The translations under genes and the position numbers were made by a program. Below, one piece after another: positions 54,051 to 64,000 of a stretch of 64,000 nucleotides of DNA (the stretch's first letter is position 1; each line of letters opens with the position of its first letter). The stretch lies in NCBI RefSeq assembly GCF_009914755.1, contig NC_060927.1; one strand, written 5' to 3'. The notes beneath the pieces are model-generated. The model ran no database searches. It was not told the DNA's origin and saw only the letters and a program-made list of their open reading frames with translations. Source of the stretch: the human T2T-CHM13v2.0 reference genome, Homo sapiens.

Positions 54051-55077
54051 CACAAACTCTTTTTAAACAACCCAAATCCTTTTCATTCCTTGCTGTCTTT
54101 AGAAACAAAAACTTTAACTAGAAAAGGAACCCATGCCATTTTAGCACATGTAAACAACCTGGAAGGGAGGATGGAGAAGTGCTTGTCGTAATGTCATTTA
54201 TTGAACTGCCCATATTATCCTTCTATTTGAAAAGTGGCACTTTTTGTTGGGCAGTTTTTGCACATTCCTGAGTGGGGCTGGGAGGAGTCTGAGGTCTTCC
54301 TTTTCCCCGTCACTGCACGAGAGATTGAGGCTGCGACAAGAAAAGGACTGGGCCTTCCTCTTCCCTGGCCTCTGAGCTCTTGGAACCTCCTTTGCAGCCT
54401 CTAGGCTGGCCTGGCTGAAGAAGTGGGTGGAGTGGGGCGGGGCCTGCTGCCTGGGTTGAGTGTGAATGCCCGGCTCAGCCTGAGCCTTCTCTGGGTACAC
54501 CTGGCTTGTATGGGGCAGGTGCTTTGGGGTCAGCTGGATCTGGGTTCAGATCTTGGCTTCTCCAGTTTCTTGCTGTGTGACCTTGGGCCAATATCTGCAC
54601 TGCCCTGACCTTCAGAGACTAGCTGCCGTCCTTTCACTCTCTGAGGCCAGGCCTGGGAACCCTCGGACAGGTGTCTGACTTTGGGAAACCCTCAAAGGCT
54701 TCCTGTCACATTAATGGCTCTCCATCCGGATCTGCACCCCTTTTCCTCCTCCTTCGTGGCTAACTTAATGAAACCAAGTTTGCAAATGAAACATAATTTC
54801 ATAGACAGACATGTTGTTGGAAGGTCTGGGATGGTCTTAACAGCTGTCTCTCTAATTACCGCAGATGCTAACGAGGTGCCTGGAGCCTCTGGTTACAGGA
54901 GCAGAGCTGCTGTTTGTTTGCCAGGGCCGGGTAGGAGGCAGGGCTGCCAAACCTGCCCCTCCATTGAGGTGTACACACACCTGAAGGCCCTTGGGCAGGC
55001 AGGACCTACAGTGGACCCCATGCCCAGGCTCTGGGCGGGCCTCGCCTGTGTGGCCAACTCACCCAGCCCAGACGTGA

Positions 55078-55410
55078 ACGTTTCCCAGGGACAGCTCTCC
55101 ATTCACTCAATTCATCCAGCAAGTGTCTGTGATGCCCCATGCACAGGCTCAGCCAGTGCTAGCAGTAGGGTATAGTGAGCAGGCCAGGCAGCTCCCACTC
55201 CAGAGGGGTTGCCAGGGGTGCACAGGATCCTTCAGAGAACGACAGATGGCGGGGAGACTCAGCGAGGCAGTGGTCGGGGGTACGTGTGCTGGGCGCTCCC
55301 CAGGAGCCTTTCTGAAGAGGGCACATTGGGTTGGGTCCACAAGGGCCCATGAAGATGCCAGGGGAAATTTCTGGTTGTAGAGGCAGCAGTTGCAAAGGCC
55401 CTGAGGTGGG
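55078..55410 (-). mobile_element. L2 3'-end fragment
   Basis: 'cattcactcaattcatccagcaagtgtct...ccagtgctag' followed by 'gcaaaggccctgagg', in L2 antisense order. Confidence 0.5.
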
Positions 55411-56119
55411 ACAGGAGGCGGTTCTCATGCTACAGCGCGGGGAGCCGGAGGGTGAGGGGTCAGGTGCCCGCTGAGGGCCCGGGGCTGTGCTGCTGGCCCT
55501 GTGCTGTGTGCTTGGGTGCTGGTGAACCTCCCTGGGTGGGCAAGCCTCCTCAGGTGGGTATGTCAGTATCCATGACACACCATAGTTGTGTCCCAGAGTA
55601 ATATGGGGGCCCAGCTGGGTGGTCCCTAGGAGGCCAGTGGATCACAGTCACACTTGGAGTTGCGTAGTATGGGGTCCGCTTGTGCCATGGGCGGTGGGCC
55701 ATGGGGAGCTTTGTCCTGAGCACCTCCAGCTGGGGAGCAGGCCCCTGGGAGGCTGGAGCTAGGCGGGGATCCTGCTGAGACCAGGGGAGACTTCTGGGTG
55801 AAATAGGCCTCGGCCCTCCCTGATGCAGGTCCCGCGTGCCACGCCATGTTCCTCGATACACTACTGCGCCTCCTGGCTCATGTGTAATTTAGGGTTTTCA
55901 TGTGATATTTGTGGGATGGTGGGTATGTTTTGTTTCCTGATTTTCTTGCAGTCTCTGCTGGGCTTTGGGACTAAGGCTGTACTTGCCTCCCAAAGAGTTG
56001 GGAAGTGCTGCTCATTTCTCCTTGCCAGGAACACCATGGCTGGCACTCGACGGGTGGAGGGGCAGGTTGGGGGTAGGCCCGGGGGTCCTGGCTGCAGCCT
56101 CATGCCGCCACCCCCGCAG

Positions 56120-56266
56120 GAGTGCGCTGGGGAGCCGCTGTTCATGCTGTACTGCGCCATCAAGCAGCAGATGGAGAAGGGCCCCATTGACGCCATCACG
56201 GGTGAGGCACGCTACTCCCTGAGTGAGGACAAGCTCATCCGGCAGCAGATTGACTACAAGACACTG
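56120..56266 (+). CDS. PLXNA1: PLXNA1 exon 24 (GAP C1 end)
   Basis: cag|[34 protein letters not shown]...YKTL|gtgagc; 147 nt. Confidence 0.96.
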
Positions 56267-56330
56267 GTGAGCGTGGCTGCCCTCTGTCCTGGGTGCCCTG
56301 GTGCCCCCCACCCCCCAGTTGTGGGGCTGA

Positions 56331-56684
<354 letters not shown>

Positions 56685-57078
56685 TAGAGGGTGGCTGCCC
56701 TGCTCTGGGCAGAGACTCTGGGAGGTGGTGGGTTCCAGTGCACTCTGGGAGGCAGTGGGCTCTTGGAGCCCTGAGGGGGATACTCAGGCTCATGAGAGGG
56801 GCAGGTGGAGCCATTGAGGGCCAGAGGGGATGGGACGGGTTTGGGGTGGGGCCCGGAGTCCTGCTGCAGATGTGACTGGAGAGGCTGGGTCCCCACAGAA
56901 GCCTCGGTGCCAGGCTGAGGAGTTGGGGCCCTAAGGCTTGCGGAAGGCAGGGCAGACCCCCTTAGGCTGGGGCTGCTGTGGCAGATTGGGAGGGCTGTGG
57001 CACATTGCAGGGGACTATGGCAGGTTAAGTGTGCTGCAGCAGGGGCGGAGGTATGTCCCTGCCCTGTGCTGGTGCTGA

Positions 57079-58593
<1,515 letters not shown>

Positions 58594-59954
58594 TAATGCA
58601 GGGCAGGGGGAGGAGGGGCATCCCCCAGGGCCAGGCCAGATGTGTTCCCAGGGCCCTCGCCCTGTTCTGATCCGGAGCCCCCACTTGGGGCTCCCTGGCG
58701 TGGGGACACAACCCAGCAGGGGCATGGCGGGCCAGTCCTGTGCTAACTGGCCTTCCCTATCTGCCTGTGCCCCTTGACCCACGGCTCGCCCTCTGCTCCA
58801 GCCGCTGAGCCCCTCCCACTGCTGCAGGAACTGTGTGCAGGTGTGAGTGGCTCTGGGTGTGCACAGCTGTGCGGACATGAGTGTGGGCTGCAGCGTGAGA
58901 AACAGGGCACAGTGGACCAGCCCCAAGCCGGCTGGTTGCAGTGATGAGGGCAACAGGGACTGCAGGTACTCCTGGTAGTCTTTAGTGCGAGGAATTTACA
59001 GCCTCCCCATTGCAGTGTGGGGCCAGGCCAGAGCCTGCTTACTGAGGCGCAGAGGCCGAGCCACTTGCCACGGTCTCACGGAGCAGCTGGAGTACGGAGC
59101 AGGGCCTGCCCAGCCTGCACCGTGCACAGCTACACCAATGTGAGCTGGGGCTCTATGAGGCTGGGTTTTGTTATGAAGAGGCACCCAGCCTCTGAGTGGC
59201 CTCCCTCCAGAGTATCTGCCTCCCTGGCCAGCCAGTCCCTTGCTTTCCTCCGGCCTGGCCCACCCCTGGGACAGTGACCTGCTTCTTCCCTGGTCATGGA
59301 CTGCCCAACTCAGCAATGTTGGCTTCCTCTCTGCCACACAGGCAGGCCAGCCCTTGGCCTCACTCCTTACTCAGGACCCCCAAGCTCTGGTCTGTGGCCC
59401 CCTGCTCCGGTTGGCACACTGTAGCCACACCCTAGCCCCTGGAGCGGGTCCCTGCTGTGTGTGTGGCCCCCACCCCAGCAGACAACCCCACCATTGCCTG
59501 CTACAGGGGAGCCCCTCTCTGTGCACCAGGCCCCTCTACCTGCATGGCCGAGGGCTTCTGGGGTAGGACTGCTCCCCCACACCTGGGGTCAGGTGGATGC
59601 CCTTGCCTGTATGGCTGGACCCTGCTTCACCAGGAAGTGCCCCTCCTCACCGTGCATCCTGCTGGGGTCTCCCCCCAGTTCTGTGCACACTCTCCACTGT
59701 CTTAGCTCCCCTCTCTCCTGGACTGTCCCTGCCACTTCTGCTGGCTCCCGGGCCAGCAGCCACCCCCGACTTGGTCTTGTCCATCCCATGTGTTGCTTCC
59801 CAAACCTGGGATGCAGCCACCCCAACCTGTCCCAGCTCCGCCCACTGCTCGCGGAGTCTAGGATTTAAATGAAGTGTCACGAAGCCCCTCTCCTGGGCCA
59901 TGCTGATTGGGCACAGCGGGAGGTGGGGCCTCCAGGGACGCAGTGTCTCCAGGT

Positions 59955-60123
59955 CAGCATGTTCTTGGAGAATGTTCTGTCACAGTGGAACATTCTAGAC
60001 CCGTGCTGTCCAGGGTGGTGGCTCCTGAGCCTTTGAAATGGCACTGGTGTGGCTGAGTGTCTGGGCTCTTCACTTCATTTAAGTTAAGCAGCCACGTGTG
60101 GCCAGTGCTGCCAGGCAGCCCAG
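59955..60123 (+). mobile_element. MER3-like hAT-Charlie DNA transposon
   Basis: 'ggaacattctagacccgtgctgtcca...tttgaaat...catttaagttaagcagccacgtgtggccagtg' follows the MER3 consensus order. Confidence 0.65.
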
Positions 60124-60566
60124 CTAATGGCAGTCCCTGAGGTGGTGTTTGGGGCACAGAGGGCTGGTCTCTGCAGGAATGGGTCCCCTGGGCCGGAGCT
60201 GAGCTGCAGGTCTCAGTGCAGGAGCCATGAGTGCAAGCCAGCATGCAGGCCTAGGAGGGTGGTGGCTGTGTGGAGTGGGCCCCTGAGGGCCTGGTCACAT
60301 CTTGCCCTTGTGCAAACGAGTGCGTTTGAGCACGCCTATCTCATGATGCTCTGCGTGAGATGCAGGTGGTGGGGGCAGCACATCTCTGGTTGGGTGGCAG
60401 GGGACGGCCTTCACTTAACCATGGGCCCTGCACCTCTGTGGGCCTCGTTTCCCCGTCTGCATGGAAAGCCATGCCCACTTTGGATTCGGAGCTGGGAGGG
60501 CCACAAGGTCACTGCTCAGGAGGGAGCAGAGGCCTATCTGAGCAGCGCCTGGACTCTCGCCTGCAG

Positions 60567-61046
<480 letters not shown>

Positions 61047-62050
61047 TAGGAGGGCTTGCCGGCCCCTGCCAGAGTCACCTGCTCTGCCCCGCCCTGCCAC
61101 TCCTCCCTGAATCTCTGGGCTGCCACTGACCACCTTCACTCCTCTGCACCCTCTGGCCACCTGGTTCCTTGGGGCCAGGAGGGAGCCTGCCAGGCCGAGC
61201 AGAGAAGGCCGTGGTGGAGTCACTGTGTGCAGCCATGTGGGGTCAGGGGTGGGGAAGATGGGATGGCAGCTTCTTCCTGAGGCAGAGGGTGTGTGGGTGG
61301 TGAGCAACTTCCCTGAGGGGCTCATTTCAGGGTTTTCTAGTCTGGGCCAGCATCTCCAGGGCTGGGCATAGGCTCTTGGCAGAGCTTTCCTTTCAGTATC
61401 TTTTCTGCTGACTTGGAGTGAGGCCACGTACATGGACCTGGGGACGGGGTCCAGGAGGTATCCAGGAAGGAGAACTGGCTCCTGGGCCGCACAGGATGGG
61501 AGCACGGGGCCAGAGGGCAGGACAGTCTCGGCCTGTGCCAAGGCTCTGAGGGCTAAGAAGGCCACGGGAGTGAACCAGAGCCACCCTGGGGAGGCCAGGG
61601 CAGGTGCAGCAGAGGCAAGGAACCTTCCCCAGGGTGCCACAGGAGGCAGACAGGAGGCAGAGGGCTGTCCTCAGGCAGGTGCCCCAGGGGAGCAGAGGAG
61701 CAGCCAGAGACTGCATGTATTAGGGTGGGGAGTGGGGACAAAAGCCTGGGGTCCTGGGGCTCACCAGGGAAAGGGGAGCTGAGGCTCTCTGGGGAGCTCT
61801 GCTTTAAAGGGGCACAGAAACCCCAGGGTGTGAGGACTGGGTGGGGACATGTCAGCAGCATGGCCAGGCAGCCAAGGGATCAGAGCCTGCTGTTTTAGGG
61901 GGTGAGAGTAGGATGATGACAGGGGCAGGGCTCATTCTCCATATTGGGGTCCTGGAGGGTCCAGGCTCACAACCAAGGTCCTTTGGCCAGGGGTAGATGG
62001 GGTTGAACCTCTGGCACCTACTCTGGAGGCATCTGCCCTGGGCCTGCTGA

Positions 62051-62197
<147 letters not shown>

Positions 62198-64000
62198 GCC
62201 CCAGCTGTGATCATCCAGCATGATGCAGCGTGAGGACAGCTGAGCAGGGACCGGGACAGCCCTCACCGCATGCGTGTGGAGTGTCCGGTGGTGCTCGGGC
62301 CGCCGCAGTGCAGCGACTGCCCGGCCCTCCCTCCCCTGCCTCACCCGGTCGGGTCCCGGCTCTTCCTGTGTGGAGGTGATGGTACCTGCCACACCACAGC
62401 TGCGCACACAGCTGCTTGCTCAGGGGCCGGGACAGCACTGGGTGCTCAGGCTGGCCAAGGACCTTCATTGCCTGGCAAGAGCTGCCCAGTGGCCTTCATG
62501 GGAGAAGGGCTGACCTCTGAGGGGCTGAGGGGTGAGGCCAGGGCCCTCCAGGGGGAGGGGTAGCCAGCTTGGGCTGTCCCCTTGAGACCAGGACAAGAGG
62601 CTGGGGGTGTCAGCATTCCCAGCTTTCCAAGCTGCCCCCAGGCGGCAGAGTCTGAGGGTCCCGGGGCCCGGTTGGCAGCTGGAGAAAGAGGCAAAAAGCC
62701 CGTAGCCGGGCAAGAGGAGCTCAAGTCGGTCTGGGCCCGTTGCCACCGACTCCCACCTCCAGCACCCATGCCCGCTGCACCGCTGCCATCCTCAGATTCA
62801 CCGCGTGCTCTGCGCGGCCGAGGCCGGAGCACCACATCCACCTCGCCCCAGAGAGGCTCTGCTCCCTCCTATGGAGGGGCTGTGGGCCAGGCTGCTCAGA
62901 CTCCTGGGTGGCTTCCAGACGGACCGGGCAGCCCCTCTCCGTCCTCAGGGCTGTGCCTCTGGGAGCCACTGGGCCAGGGGCCCCGGGTCGCAGAGAGCAC
63001 GTTCCCGTTATTTATTCCCCTCCGCGTCCTACACAGGCTGCCCTGGCAGCTGTCTTCAAGGGTAGGCTGAGCTCCCCACCCTGGAGCCCCTGAGGGCGGC
63101 CCCTGAGCACTCCTCTCTCTCCACTCTCTCTGTCCCTGCCCCAGCGGCTTCCAGTGTGGCATCTCAGCAGTGTCCTGGCCCCTCCAGAGCAGTGGGACAT
63201 CTGGGGACTGTTTTTGTGTTTAGGGGAAAAAATTCTGCTGCACTCTGCTTGGGCCTTGAGGTCTGTGGCAGGGCTCCTCTGGCCCGCAGTGGCCTGGATC
63301 TATCTGGGCCATGAGTGACGGGCAGTGACCAGAGGGACTGGAGGCCAGCGGTGTCCACCCTTGCCCTCAGCAAGAGAGAATGCATTCTTAAAAGAAAGCT
63401 GTACATGTATATATATGCATATATATATATGTGGCTCTAGCCTCAGGCTCCAGCCCCAGTGGGGTACTGTACAGTTAACTGAAGAAGAATTTTAAAGACG
63501 ATTTGAACAAGAAAATGAAGGCAGTGGGAAAGCAATGCCAAATGGTTGTGGAGAAAGTGGCCGGAGCCTCCCTGGAGTGGAGCAGCCCTGAAGCCTGTGC
63601 CCCCCGACCTGCGGGCCGCTGTTTTGGTTTGACATGACAAGGAAAGGACTTCCTGCTGACCCTGAGAGCCTCTGGGGTGCCGCGGCACCACGGGGCATGC
63701 ATGATTGTGCTAGCGTTTAGTCTGAGTTGATCTTTTTAAAACTGCAAGTGTTGAATACTAGAGGTTGTTAGACCCTTTTTTATGTTTTTTAATTAATCAG
63801 TCACTTGTAAAAGCAAACAAGCGGTCCATCCCCTTTTCAAGGTCACTTTTTTGATGGTACCGAAGATCCCATGGACATTAAGGGACAGCTAACTGTGGCC
63901 AGACTCAGCCCCATGTCCTTGGCCAGGCCCAAGGAGAGGACTCGGCCCCATGGGGTGTGCCAGTCTTGCAGTCCGCCCCAGCTGAGTAGCGTGAGCCAGA
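62198..64000 (+). other. PLXNA1: PLXNA1 3'UTR (incomplete)
   Basis: Follows the stop codon and becomes AU-richer after ~63380. I found no AATAAA before the window end. Confidence 0.85.

Noticed and set aside
63676-63689. Perfect 14-nt palindrome GGTGCCGCGGCACC in the 3'UTR as a pre-miRNA or structured ncRNA
   Set aside because: The stem is too short and does not extend; plausible by chance.

Overview
GC-rich primate (very likely human) genomic DNA containing essentially the whole PLXNA1 (plexin-A1, semaphorin receptor) gene on the + strand. It has a CpG-island promoter (~10.5-12.5 kb), a non-coding exon 1 ending at 11467 and 31 coding exons (ATG 16774 to TGA 62197). Summing my exon calls gives 5691 nt, or 1896 aa plus stop, with all introns GT-AG and all splice phases consistent. 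A long 3'UTR runs off the right edge. The first ~10 kb is intergenic and holds old L1, L2, MIR and MLT fragments, three Alu elements and a degenerate (TG/TGCATG) repeat. Nearly all other ORFs in the track are GC-rich noise. I see no new gene system. The most interesting candidates are regulatory: (1) a strong-context, exon-junction-spanning uORF whose stop codon overlaps a tandem in-frame ATGATG 18 codons upstream of the signal-peptide start; (2) three frame-preserving, stop-free introns; (3) a 65-nt G-rich ultra-short intron; (4) a series of AT-rich homeodomain-motif islands in introns; (5) a 3'UTR palindrome that buries a Pumilio element; (6) a twin-primed inverted L1 and two Alus stacked at one insertion site. 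Repeat subfamily names are by eye and not from a database search.
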